Shown here: positions 41,405 through 53,653 of the stretch, piece by piece
How the letters are laid out: each line of letters opens with the position of its first letter
Position numbering within the stretch: position 1 is the stretch's first letter
Assembly: GCA_030704615.1 (NCBI GenBank)
Contig: CM060732.1
Span: 23,250,001 to 23,314,000, forward strand
DNA: 64,000 nt
Source of the DNA: Takakia lepidozioides
Lineage: Eukaryota; Plantae; Bryophyta
Reading direction: 5' to 3'
Made by a program: the position numbers and the translations under genes
The notes under the pieces: generated by a model
What the model was told of the DNA's origin: nothing
Database searches by the model: none
The model's input: the letters and a program-made list of their open reading frames with translations, nothing else

Positions 41405-41780
41405 TCACAAATACCTGCCATTCAAAGCCGAATTCTTCACAAATATGGGTCGTGTGGATTTTACCTTTTTCGTAGCTACTCGAGAAGACTCCCCAGTTGC
41501 CGGGGACGCTTTCCGCTTGGGGCTGCTCTCTTCGCCGACTATGTAGGTGAGCCTCTCCCCCTTCCTCTTTCCCGTGGTCAGATCGTTCGTGAGGCCAGTG
41601 TCAACATCTTCCTCCATGTCGTCTGTCTCTCCCTCAGACGCAGTGTCCTCCTCGCCTGTTCCTGGAACTATGGTGGGTTGTTGTTCTTCTCCAGATTCCT
41701 GCTCCTCCATCGCCACACTTTCCTGTATTCCCTCTTCTTCCTCCTTTTCCTCTTCCTCCACTCTTTCCATCCTCATTCTA
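41405..41780 (-). other. Possible small acidic ORF/exon with basic NLS-like tail inside the transposon
   Basis: Open frame MRMERVEEEEKEEEEG...SPKRK...KKVK. No recognisable domain and no homologue retained in copy 2. Confidence 0.3.
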
Positions 41781-42717
41781 TATCTAGCTCTATTCCTGTT
41801 TCTAGAACTCGTGAAGTATAATGACTTCCTTCTCTTTCTCCTCCGCTGGAAACAAGGGCTCCCCACGATGCCCCTGGAGCTCTCCAGTTTGACGTTTGCA
41901 ACAAGTTCTGGTATCGCATGTAACAAAAAAAAAATGGACGTTGTCAACCGTATTTGGATGCGGGTGTTGATATTGTGTGCGAACGGAATTCATCCATTTT
42001 GTCGTCTTTGTATTACCCAGCTAATAAAGCGCCGAAGAAAAAGAATATCCGTTGCATGCATTTGCGATATATGTCAGATGTGCTTCGCCGCCTGCCAATA
42101 CATGGCGGCCTCCTTGCCTTCTTTCAAATTCGAATGCGCCGTAGAAATGTAGTGCTTTTTCAATTCCGAGCAGTTCTTCCAGATTCGCAATAATTGTTAT
42201 GCTTCACATATGCATCCACGTGTGTTGTGCTGCATGCCCTGTGGTTTTTTTTATGCCGTGACCGTCCCCATGGGGTCATTCGGTATAAAGGATTGTGTCG
42301 GATATGACCATGTGTTGCACACATTCGTGCGAGGTATCTCTTGAAGTGTCGGTGTTTGTTCTGTGCTATTCTGGCGCAACACAATCTCATTACAATCGGA
42401 TCTTCCTGTTTACTGCTCTCCAGGGTTGTTGCCGTCATTTCATAATGGATGGTTTCATGTCAATTTCAGGGTTTGTTTTCCATCCAAACACAGTACGGCT
42501 TCTTGTGGCTCTGGTCTTTCAAAACCGTTTTTCTGGTTGGTGGGAGGTGAATGTGCACGTCATCCCTACATCCTTGGCATGCATCGCCGGCAGCCTTGGG
42601 TTTGGTGCTACCCTTGTTGACCTCAGTTTGCTGGTGGTATTTCCACTTTCGATAATTACGGGCTCTCAGTTCGGGGATTCCGTTCTGCATCGGCAGTTTC
42701 GTTCAGTGCTGGAAAAC

Positions 42718-45700
42718 ATGTCGAGGGAGCGAGATGCACTCGCTCGATTCCATTCCAATGCAGGTACTCTTCCACTGACTGCCACTGCAGACGACGATGG
42801 GTATGCAGTTGTTCATGAGGATGAGCTGGTTACAGTGTTCCCGCTGGAGTTGGGTTCTCTGCTTGTTCAGAAAGAGGTGTATGACGAGGATGGGAATTTG
42901 GATTCTGGGCACTTGGAGAAACCCTTGGTTGGCGAGTGTGGAAGGAAGTGGAGAGTCCTTCCAGGAACATACCGTGTCCTTGGAAAAGAGAGAAGACAAT
43001 CAGCAGGATCAGTCGTTACCCCTGGCACTGCAGCATCGGTCGTGCAACAGAAGGGCACAGTTCCTGTGAAACAAGAGGTGAGCACATCCACTACCTTCGT
43101 TACTCTTTCGGACTCGTCCTCGGAGGATGTTTCTGAGATTCCTCCGCCAGTGCAAACTCCCTTATTGGATGATGACGAATTGCAAGAGATAACAAGTGTC
43201 ATTCCAAAATTGAAAGCCCTCGCAGGTGTGCCTGGGTGCAAGAGCGAGCTACGTTTTGTTGATTGGGAGTCCCTTCCAGTGCAACGTGTTCAATACGTGC
43301 CAGCTCAGTTTGATGGGGACATCTTGTTTGAGCTCAACCCTCCCACGTCTTCCAGTGGACTGGCTGGGCTTCTGCAGGGCATGGACAAGAAACATGACGG
43401 ACATCCTTGGTGCAGGACAAAAACTTCGAACATCCATAACGACATTGGCTTGAAATTTCGGAGGTCGGTTTGCGTTGGGCATTGCAAGTGCCTGAATATT
43501 TCTTGCCCTCGGCTGAGAAACAGCGCTCAGCCAAACGAAAGTGAGTGGGAAGGTGTGCCCCTGAATCCTTTCACCCCAGGGCTTGCACCTCCCAATACCA
43601 ATACTTTTGTGTGCAGGTTCTGCAAACTTTCCCCGTCCTGTGTTTCTGTTTGCCACGCTCGTATGTATCAGGTGGCACATCGATGCAAGACAATGACTCG
43701 TGCCTGCATTCATATGGGTGCACACGAGCATCCTGTGTCCAAAGGGAGTTGCAGGGATAGCGTGGACATCGCAAGAAATCTACTGAAGCAAGAGTTCCAT
43801 AATGCCCCTTCTGCAACACCTTCTGCTATAGCGCTTGCAGCTAGCAAGGCATTCCTGGAAAAACACATACTGGGTGAAGGGGATTCGACACAGCCAATGC
43901 TGGATGCAGATTCCCTTGAGGCAGTCATGGACCATTTCTCCGTGTTGAGCTCTCCCAATATTCGAAACCAGGTGAATGCACTCAGAATGGGCACAGGCAC
44001 TGCTGGATTCATGGACAACATTATGGACCTCAAACGGAGGAGTCGCTATGAATTCATTCAAAACAGTATGTTCCCTGGCCAGGGCTCGTCCAAAGTGTAT
44101 TTGTTCAAGATGTCCGCTGTGGGCCAAGGCAGTGGTGTGAGCATTGTCCGCCGAATGCAACCTGGAGGAGATTTGGCTAAATGTTGGTTAATGTTTGATC
44201 ACTGCAAACGGGTGAAGGGTTGGACAACCATGGCGTGCCATGTGTATGATCCAGCGTACCAGCGTGTGCTCTCCATAGCAATTTGTGATATGCAGTCGGA
44301 GGACACTGAATCCCAGATGCTCATGTGGAAGTCCCTCCTGACCGTCATGCAGCGCAATGGAATACAGAACACAAACTTTGCGGGCTTCATGGCTGATAGT
44401 GCACAGGCAAATTTCAATGCAGTGCGGCGCGTGTTTGGTTCTGGGGATCCTAAGGTCCCCATGGAAAATAGGGAGCGCACATGCCTCTTCCATTGGAGTC
44501 AATCTCTGGCACGTCATACAAAGCGCTGCATTCGCCCTGACCTTCAGTTGGAGCATAGAAGGCTCTGTCTGAAGTACAAGAATGCCACCTCAATGGGAGA
44601 AGCAGAGAGCACTTACCAGGCAATCCGGGCTTGGTGGTTCTCCGCTGGTGCTGCTACAGGTATCCACCTGAAGGAGTTGGAGGACTGGTTGGTTTTCTGG
44701 CACTTCAGGTACAGACAGTGGGGAGCTTTCATGACGACGGTAAGCCTCACAAGTTTTCCTTAAACACAAATTGCACTTTGCATCGTGCCTGTTCATTTGG
44801 GGTTGTTCGATTGTCACTTGAATAACCTCTACCATTTCTTTTCCTTCCTCACATTTCCATGCAATGCCTCCTGCAGGACATGTCCTTGGAGGACTTGGCC
44901 GACATGCCATCGTGTAATTTGGCAGAGACTGTTCACAACGCCTGGATGCAACAGTCTACCAAAGCAGGTCGTGACTTGTATGTGGCCACTGCTGATGACA
45001 TGGTGCGGGCACTTACACAACAAACCAGGTACCGCAATTTTCTGATGGGACGGGGTGGAGGGAAGGGCCCCGATTCGACTTTGTTGATGCTAAGGGCTGC
45101 GAGTAGGTCCGGAGACCCGTCAAAGATGGCCAGAGCTCTAAACAGGTGCACTGAAGGTTCCCCTCTGCAATCCAGGCTCCCCCATTTGGAAGGCGAGGAA
45201 AGATTTGGATCATGCAAAAGGAAATTAAACACTCTTCCAGGGTCAGATGGAGATTCCCATAGGCCAGACAGGGTCAATTTCTCTGTGCCAAAGGTGTCTC
45301 CAGTGCAGACTAAGTCCTGTGCCGGCCCCTTCCCAGGTGGGTCCTCCTCCTGTGGAGCAGGTGCGGAACATGCAAGCATAGCAGCGGAAATCCCATTGGA
45401 GGAGGTGGTGGCCATGGTGCAGGAATCTGATTGCATTGATAGTGACTGGCATATAGAACGCACCCCACCAGGATCTAGAGTGGCTTGCATGGCAATTCGG
45501 ACCCCCTCTTTCAAGAAATGCAAATCAAAAATATGCAAAGGCTCCAGGGGGACTCCAGCTCCAACATTCACAGGGTTGTTCCGACCTTATCATAGTGGGG
45601 AGTCAAAAGAGCACAAGTTTTGGTTCTGCCCAGACGATATGGCACGATGCGTGAAGGGAACAGTTCGTCCTTCCGTGATAATGAAGCCCCCTCCCCCCGC

Positions 45701-46289
45701 AATTTGGCCTGTGCAAATTGGGACATCGCTGTCCTCAACCGAGATAAGCATGCTGGAGGAGGGAGGGTTTTGTCTTGCACGGTCCCGGGTGGTGCCCTTA
45801 TGCACTGTCGGCACAGATGTGCCACATGCTCCGACAATGCCTCCACCCGGTGCCAACTCCCACCCAACAAAAAGAGATGGAAAAACAGTGCGCCGTGTTG
45901 CTTCGGGTGCAGATCACGAATGCAAGATGGAATCGGCTAGAATTTTGCAGGCTACGGTGGCTCGTATCACCGAAGTCCCTTCCCCGGGGTATGGACGGAT
46001 TTACACAGTGCTGTCAATTGGCTCAGTTCTTCATGCCAAAGAATATCAAGTTACCATTGGGAATTTCCCATCGTGCACTTGTCCGGATTTTGTAACGATG
46101 CGTGAGGGCGCTCTCGGCATGAGAGGGAAGTGGGTCCCGTGCAAGCATCAATATTACATATACCTTGTAATTATGTGTTGCGACGGTAAGAGAGACCAAT
46201 TCATTCACCAAGCCACACTAGGCTACGGAGAAGTCATCACCCTTCTGCAGCGGGACACCTCGCGTAGAGCTCCGCCAACTTCTCTTTGA
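42718..46289 (+). CDS. MULE transposase with GCM-like DNA-binding domain, DDE core, Cys-rich domain and C-terminal SWIM finger; 2 exons (42718-44739, 44877-46289), 1144 aa, apparently intact
   Basis: ATG 42718 is supported by homology with the copy-2 start at 50896. GCM/WRKY-like DGHPWCRTKT...C.G...C.N..C...C.FC...C...H.G.H.HP. Catalytic core LMFD, GFMADSAQA, CLFHW (CxxH) and CNLAETVH. SWIM CTCPDF...CKH. GT-AG intron 44740-44876 in phase 0. Confidence 0.9.
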
Positions 46290-47569
46290 ACACATACGAG
46301 CCATGCCCGCTTCCCATGCTGGTTTCCAGGTTGCCGTGTGAAGACTTTTCATTTTATGACAAACATATACATTTCGTTCACTTGTGAGGGCAAATGCACT
46401 TGCGATTCATTATAAGCGTCTCTCTGTGAATTGAAATAAACTGTGTCAATCATTCTGAGCTCAAATCTGACATGTTTACATATTCCTCTTTTTTGGCACG
46501 CATTGCAGACATGGTGCATGGTGGCCTCCTTTGTTTTGTCCACGGTAATAGGCCCTCTTCCTGCAATCCTCGCCTATAGGACCTGCTTCTCCAGCAGATT
46601 CATGCCGCTCACGCTTCCCTGAAGCGTGAGCTCAGCTCACGCTTCAAAGCTTGAACGTGAGCTCAGCTCCCAGGCTCACGGGGCTGGGCTCACGCCGTAG
46701 CTACGCTGTGGGCGACGAGTCGAGGTGCAGAAGAGAGTTTAGGGTTTGTTGGTGAATGTTGCAGAATGATAGTGTTTGTAGAGACTGAAATGATTGTGGA
46801 TGTATTAATGTCCAGGTCATCAGTCTACAATGGTCCTCAGATGATTTAATGCCATGCTAATGTGGTATTTTACGTTGTTGTCATCAGTGTAGAATGGTTG
46901 TGGATGAGTTTATGAGGATGAAGCAGAGCCAATTTGGATGGGACACTGCTAATATGGAATGGGGATGAATAGTTGTGGACAAATGTGGATGAAAATACCG
47001 TGAATGGATGATAGAGTGGATGAATGTTGAGCGAGGATGTCATTTTAACATATATGAAAACCAAGCACAACGATCAATGTCGTTTGCACAAACATTAGAA
47101 ATTGTGCCTAAAATCCGTCCTGAAGCACTTGATAAGATTTAATGAATGTCTGGCATTTGGGGAAAGGTAGACAGATGACAGCAACGTAGAATAAGACAAC
47201 ACAGCAGATGTGAGATGATCTTTCATGCTGCGACTTTGTCCGAGTGCTTACTGCAACATTCTGGTGTGCAACACGCTCTTCTTTATCTGTCCTCTTCAGT
47301 GTCGACACATTGCGAGCCATTTCAGCACTATACTTCCTGCAACGCACCACCTGACCACGCTAAACATGGTTTGGACTCCAATACTTATTGTGGCCCCTGC
47401 CAATGAGGTAGAAATGTGCACCTGTATGTTACGAGAGTATTGCAACTTTCATGGGTTCTCATCAAGACCATTAAACAACAATATTCAAAATGATTTGGCT
47501 CTCGTTTGTGCATGAGGAGGAAATCCGGGTCTTACAACATTGTGTAACAGAAATTGACAAAACGTCTGT

Positions 47570-47897
47570 CTTGTCTTCTTGTTTGACCCATAACCAATGT
47601 TAGGCATGAGGATCCCGCCTTTGAACTTGCGCTGAAACCGAGAGTCCATACACCATCCACTAGGTGCACTGTCTTCTTGTTTGAACCATAACCAATGTTA
47701 CGCATCAGGATGTTGCCCTTGAACTTGCGTTGAACTTGAGAGTCCACAAATCATCCCCTAGGTGCCTTGTATTCTTGTTTGACCCAGAACCAATGTTAGG
47801 CATCAGGAGGCTGCCTTTGAACTTGCGTTGGACCCGAGAGTCAATACATATATCATCCCCTAGGTGCCTTGTCTTCTTGTTTGACCCATAACCAACC
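47570..47897 (-). repeat. ~3.3 x ~99-bp tandem copies of a ribosomal protein eL32 (RPL32) coding fragment
   Basis: Unit starts at 47572, 47670, 47768 and 47870. Translation [19 protein letters not shown](Y/S)GSNKKTRH matches the conserved eL32 segment [25 protein letters not shown]. Confidence 0.85.
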
Positions 47898-48125
47898 ATT
47901 TGCTGTACATTACAATCAAAGCCTATAAGCCAGGATATAACTATCCACTGTATGAAGTGCATAGAAGCCACTGTTGTAAATGCATACACGACACGAAAAC
48001 GAGAAACCATCTTTTAACGACATTACAACGAACAGGCACAAATTTTATTACAAAGTTATGGAGGGACACAAAATGTCTAAAACTGTGAACATCTCGAGAC
48101 CCCTCAAAATGATGAAATTTGCATT

Positions 48126-50754
48126 TCAGTCACTAGAACTATCCCCTGAAATTTGTGCAGTATCATGGACGTAAATCCGAGCTCCGAGGTGCCTGTTGTG
48201 CTTTCGAGCACACGAGAGAGATAACATGAAACTCTGTTGACGAGCAATGGCCTCCACGTAGTCGGGTAGGATGTATGAATGTGGAGGGCTGCACCACAAG
48301 TCACTGTGAATAAAAGAGACGTCGACCAAAGGAATAGCTTCCAATATCCTGCCACCAAAAGATCCACAATTGCATTAGCCACCATTAATGGGAAAGGGGG
48401 GGCCATTTTCGCGGGAGAAATCGGATGCTTAAAAGAAAAACAACTTACTCACATGCGAAATCGTCGTCCAAGACTTTGTCGTCCCCTTCATTGATTTCCA
48501 CATGCACTATACCCTCCTGTTGTTGGGCGGCAGGTGCCGGCGCTGGCGCTTCCAAGCTATGGAGGAGGTCATTGAAAATGTCCGCATCACCTTCCATACC
48601 AAACAAATGCCTGCCCGCTACCTTGCAAGCATGGTATGAAGCTCCTACAAGATAGAGTTCTCTCAGGACACATATAAACAAATTTTGCATCAAGAAGAAA
48701 ACACCACAGCAGGTTGGGGGTGAAACCTGTGCCAAGAGTGAGGTCCACGATACGCGCTAGGCTCTTCTCCTTGGCCCCTCTCCATGGTGTGGAGTTGGAC
48801 TTTCGCAAGCACACATTGGAATCCACGTAATTGTAGTGCATGTTGTCCACCACTGGATCGAACTTATTGTTGATGAAAGAATCTCCCCCATGAAGCCTGA
48901 ACTCCTTCACTGCTGTGGGAGTTGAAGCAGGGTGCACTCTGACGAGGCAGACGGCCTCAAAAAGGCGGGTCTACACACAAGACAACATGAAAGCACATAT
49001 TAGTGAATCCAAAAAAAATCATCTGGAAAGAACAATGCTTGAAACCTCTGAAAATGAGTGCGTTGACGCACTCATTTCTGCAAGGGTGAAATGGAACTTA
49101 AAATGAAGCAGGCAAGAGAAAGTCGATTACCATTTTTTCGGGACAGTCGCCCTTTGTCAAGTACAGGCTGTTCACACCATTCCACGTTTTGATGATTTTC
49201 ATCCCCGAGGCCTTGAGGTAGCTTGCAAGCTCCCGTCGACATTTCGTATTGACCGACTGGATCATTACAAGAACCCCTGCATCCGATAAAAAAAAAATGC
49301 AAAATGAAAAGACCCACCGCCAGTACCTCTCATCAAATGCATTCAATGTTGGGCAAGTGCATGTGGGTAGGATGTCCGGTACCGGCAGCCCATCCGGAAT
49401 GTCCACAATCACCATGTCGGCACAACATGGTTTCAGAGAACCATTGATCCAACACTGCCCTTTCGAAATCTGAAAACAGACAGACGGCAAAAATTAAATA
49501 ACTATCCAAAAGGGAAAACAGTAAAGGAGACAAACAGTGGGAATTGGCTTACCGAGTCAAGGAATGCACACAGCTTGCCCCAAGTTCGAGAGGGTTCTCC
49601 AGTGTAACCAGATTTTCTGCTTTCCATCATGGCAAGGAATGAATCATTGACAATCTCGCATTTACATTCTCACTGGATTCTGGATGGGTGCTCCACTGCG
49701 TCGTATGGCTCAATCCTCCCCTTACGTTTTCGTTCCTTGTTTGCAATTGGGGTCTGCGCTACCTCACCCCCCGCAGTTTCCCCTTGGGTGGCATTCTTCT
49801 TCCCTTTGTCCTTTGTACCCTTTCCCTTTCCTTTCCCTCTTGCAGGAGTTTTGTTGGCTGCGGGTTCCTTCTCAGTGAGGTTTCGCAGATTCCTCTCATG
49901 CAATTCCTTGTCAGTAAGAGGGGCCAAAGACTCCGCATTGTCGTTTTGGTTCCGTGTCTGCAACTCATACCAGGGGCAATCTGATTTCGGAATGTCTAGA
50001 TACCAGCAGCAGTCTTTCAGGTGATATCTCCCGTAGTCTCTAGGCTGCCGTGTACATGGTCTGACTGTTAGAGGGGTCAGACCACAAGTCGATGAAGGCA
50101 GGGTACTTACTGAGGTTTTTCCCCGGAATGAGCATGTTCTTGATATACCTAGAAAACAAAAGAGGTACACTTTTAGACATTGAAGGCAAAAAAACATATA
50201 CTGCGGCCCTCCCAAAATGCGTGCGTCGACGCACACAGTTTGGGGTGCACAAATACTTGAGGCAACCAAAATACACTCACAAGTACCATATGCAAGAACA
50301 AGAGAAAACAAAGGGTTCTATATGCAGAAAGTTATCCCCTTCTCGGCAGACAGATATTCCATTCAGAACTGCCAACGAAACATTGAAATCCATGATAGAG
50401 GAGAGAGCACATTTGAGTTTGTGGCCCTCTAAAATTGCGTGCATTGGCACACGCAGTTTTTCATGGCCACAAACTGTCTGTTTACTAATTGCCAAAAATA
50501 GTTTTCAAACATAAGACAAAATTAACGAACCTGTATAGGACCCTCTTCATGGCTCCCTCCGCCCCGTACTGCTGGTCAAAATCATTTGTTCGGGAGATTC
50601 CTCCATCTCGGGAAAACTCTCTGAAGAAGCAGTTGCTCCAAGCTGTGGCCTTCCACTGCCTCAAGTAATCCTCCAGAGTGTCCTCGGGCACGGTCATGGT
50701 AATTTTGTAGTCATAAAGCTGTTTCTCCATCACCTTGTTTGCACGAGCTTCAAT
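48126..50754 (-). pseudogene. Copy-2 ParB-MTase gene, 3' exons including the methyltransferase domain
   Basis: Exon-by-exon homology to 31848-34410 (VIVDIPDG, AFDERYWRWVFSFC, NYVDSNVCLR, DLTLGTG, GASYHACK, DFACE, GARIYV) with the same intron positions. A 14-codon deletion before motif I and frameshifts are present. Confidence 0.88.
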
Positions 50755-50895
50755 CTGCAGGTATACATATGCATGGGTTAGAGTCCATTCATGGGAAGAT
50801 ATTCTCAAAAATTTCAAGCACAGAAAGTCCTGAAAAGTACTTGGCTCCAGTAGGTGGCTTCCGCACTTCTACGAGGGAATTTCTCTTGTAGCAAC

Positions 50896-52714
50896 ATGGC
50901 TTCCTCCGAAGCGGAGTTTTACTCTGTGGAGAAACCAGTACCTTTCTCGAAGGAGACCGATGACAATGGTTTTGCAATTGCGGAGGAACATCTCCTAGCA
51001 ACGCGTTTCGAGTTCTAGTATGGTACTGTGTGGCTGGAAAGAGAGGTTTACGGTGTCGATGGGAAGTTGAAGAAGTATGCTTTCCAGAAACTGGATGAAA
51101 ACGCACTTATGAGTCAGTGGAGAGTTCCTCCAGGAAGATACAGAGTCCTTGGAGCTTCTCGCCGACAGTCGATTGGTTCGTATGTGACGCCGAGAATTGC
51201 TGCTTCTGTTGTTCAAGACAAGAGGAATGTGGTCGTGAAGACGGAGCCCACAACTTCCAGACAAATTGTTGAGCTCTCCGACTCCTCGGAGGAGGACGTC
51301 CCGAAAATTCATTTTCTTGCTCCTTCTCCGGTGGTCGTGGTGCCGGAATTGAATGACCTGTGTAGTGTTATTCCTAAACTGAAGTCAATGGGAGGAATGC
51401 CCGGTTTCAAGAGTGAATTGCGGGGGATTGACTGGGACACTGTCCCTGTTGAGCGTGTGAATTACCTTCCAGAATCTTTTGATGGGGATGTCGTCTTCGA
51501 GCTGCCTCCACCTGGGCGGGGTGGACCCGTTTCGAGCCTCATGCACGGAATGGACAAGAGACACGATGGACACCCATGGTGCAGAACAAAGACATCCAAT
51601 ATTCAAAATGATGACAAGCTCGTGTTCAGGAGAGCGGTGTGCAATGGGCACCTCAGGAGCGAGAATTTGAGTTGCAGACATTTCCTGTGGTCAGAGGTTC
51701 AGAACCAGAGCGAGTGGGAGGGTGTCGCCGAGAATCCTTTCAAGCCCGGTGAAGCACCTCCAAGCTCCAACACTTTCGTTTGCAAGTTCTGCAAACGAGC
51801 GCCTTCCTGTGTGGCAGTGTGTGGAGCAAGAATGTACTATGTGGTGCACCGTTTTCCAACCTTGACTAGAGCCAGTGTGCATTTTGGGTTCCACAACCAT
51901 CCAGTGTCGAAGGGGGATTACAGGGAAAGCGTTGAAACAATATCCAGGTTGATAAGACAAGAGTATGAGAGCAATCCAACAATTGTTCTTGGAGCAAGCA
52001 AGACTTTCCTGGAAACCCATATTCTTAGTGAAGGAGATTATGTGGGCAAGAAACTCGACGGGTCAGCCTTGGACAATGTTATGGATCACTTCTCTACCTT
52101 GAGCTCGCCGAACATTAAAAACCAGGTGAATGCATTGAGGATGGGCTCTGCTAACAGAGGGTACGTTGATAACATTTTTGAGTTGAAGCGACGGAGCATG
52201 TATGACTACATTCAAGAGAGTGTGTTCCCAAGTCAAGGGTCGAATAAAGTGTACGTTTTCAAAATGTCCACAGCCGGGTAGGGCAGCGGAGTCAGTCTTG
52301 TGAAGCGCATGCAGAAGGGTGGCGATCTTCAGAATTGTTTCCTTATGTTTGATCACGTCAAACGAGTGAAAGACTGAACTACAATGGCGTGTCATGTTTA
52401 CGATCCTTTTTACCAGCGAGTCATGACAATTGCAGTGTGTGACATGCAATCAGAGGATGCGGATTCGCAGCAGCTAATGTGGAGAAGTCTCATTCGCGTT
52501 ATGGACTCCCAAGGTGTCCAAATTTTGCCGGATTTATGGTAGACAATGCTCAAGCGAACTTCAATGCTATTCGCATTGTGTTTGGATCAGGAGATCCAAA
52601 GGTGCCAATGCCAGGAAGAGAGCGAACATGTCTTTTCCATTGGACCCAGTCCCTTGAGAAACATACAAAGGCAGACATCAAACCAGAAATGCAGCCTATT
52701 CATCTTAGGCTATG
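50896..52714 (+). pseudogene. Copy-2 MULE transposase, 5' part (GCM-like domain and DDE core)
   Basis: Homologous to 42718-~44568. In-frame stops at 51016, 52279 and 52376, and frameshifts near 52480-52520. Confidence 0.9.
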
Positions 52715-53653
52715 AAGAACTTGGTCGCTGAAGGGTTTGATGTGCCCGGTGTTCTCATCTCTTTCACCCTTAGGGAAGCAATATGTATCCTTGACAGTTG
52801 GGTCGGAATTCCAAATTTCCAACCATTTCACTTTCTGGTCAGTTTCCACAGCTGCAGTTGACAACCGGTGAAGCTTTTCCTGTGTCATCTCGGGTTTGGT
52901 GTTATTGTTCCAGTGGATCCTCACCTGGTTAAGTAACTCGGGACCAAAATCAGGGTCAGCTATTCTCAGCTGTTTCACGAAAGCGCTCATGAGCTTCTTC
53001 CGTATCTCATTCATCGTAAACTTCATGGTTTCCGCCACTCCCTTGGACGTCCTCAGACCCTCCGGGTTTTTCAAATAGTACTCCGCTTTTCCTCTCTCTC
53101 TAGCTTCAGCTATTTCTTGCTGCAAAACGTAACCCGGAATGAGATCACTTGTTACTCACAATATCACAACAGACAATGGAAGGCCAGAGCGATGGAATAC
53201 TTACAGTGTACATGTACACCATGAATGCTTCCCTCGTCAGCTTGTACCAGGTATCTGACGTTTTCGATGTCAAACATTTCTCTATGACTCCGCACTCAGG
53301 ATGCTCTTGAATGAATTGAGGGGCATCTGGCCGATATTCTGAATCCTGAATAGTGTGTGAAGAAGGTTTGTTGTCACATGGGCGGTTTCAGTTCCCCTGT
53401 CACATACAGTGGTGTGTCGTCAGTGAGTGCAAAAAGCAAATAGACAGTGAAGGAAAAAATGCGGACAATAACAGGTGAAGAAGACACTTACTTGTTAACG
53501 TCATGCATTGCTGTCAACAGTGCAGTGATGTTTCCCTTGGGATCCAGCACCATTGAGGCCACAGAGTAGTGCCACTCCTTCTCGGTGCTATGATATCTCT
53601 CGTTCATGTTCCTCCAGGCAAGCAATCGGTGGTTGCCATCCCACACATGAAAC
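52715..53653 (-). pseudogene. Displaced segment of the copy-2 ParB-MTase gene (end of exon 1, exon 2, most of exon 3)
   Basis: HVWDGNHRLLAW, GTETAHVTTNLLHTLFRIQNIGQMPL and QQEIAEARERGK...SDQVL, homologous to 35530-34565. Confidence 0.9.

Larger units (their letters stand above)
31446..46706. mobile_element. Mutator-superfamily DNA transposon (copy 1), ~15.3 kb, with two divergent genes and an internal tandem array
   Basis: Direct repeat TGTGGGCGACG at 31435-31445 and 46707-46717, in the MULE TSD size range. Imperfect TIR: 31448-31488 matches the reverse complement of 46666-46706 at 29 of 41 positions ungapped, with two CGTGAGCC boxes in register. Encodes a MULE transposase. Confidence 0.85.

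Noticed and set aside
42295-42717. N-terminal extension of the 822-aa ORF
   Set aside because: It starts at a non-ATG codon, and homology with copy 2 begins only at ATG 42718.
43249-45870. Long antisense ORFs over the transposase
   Set aside because: Shadow frames of a real CDS on the opposite strand.
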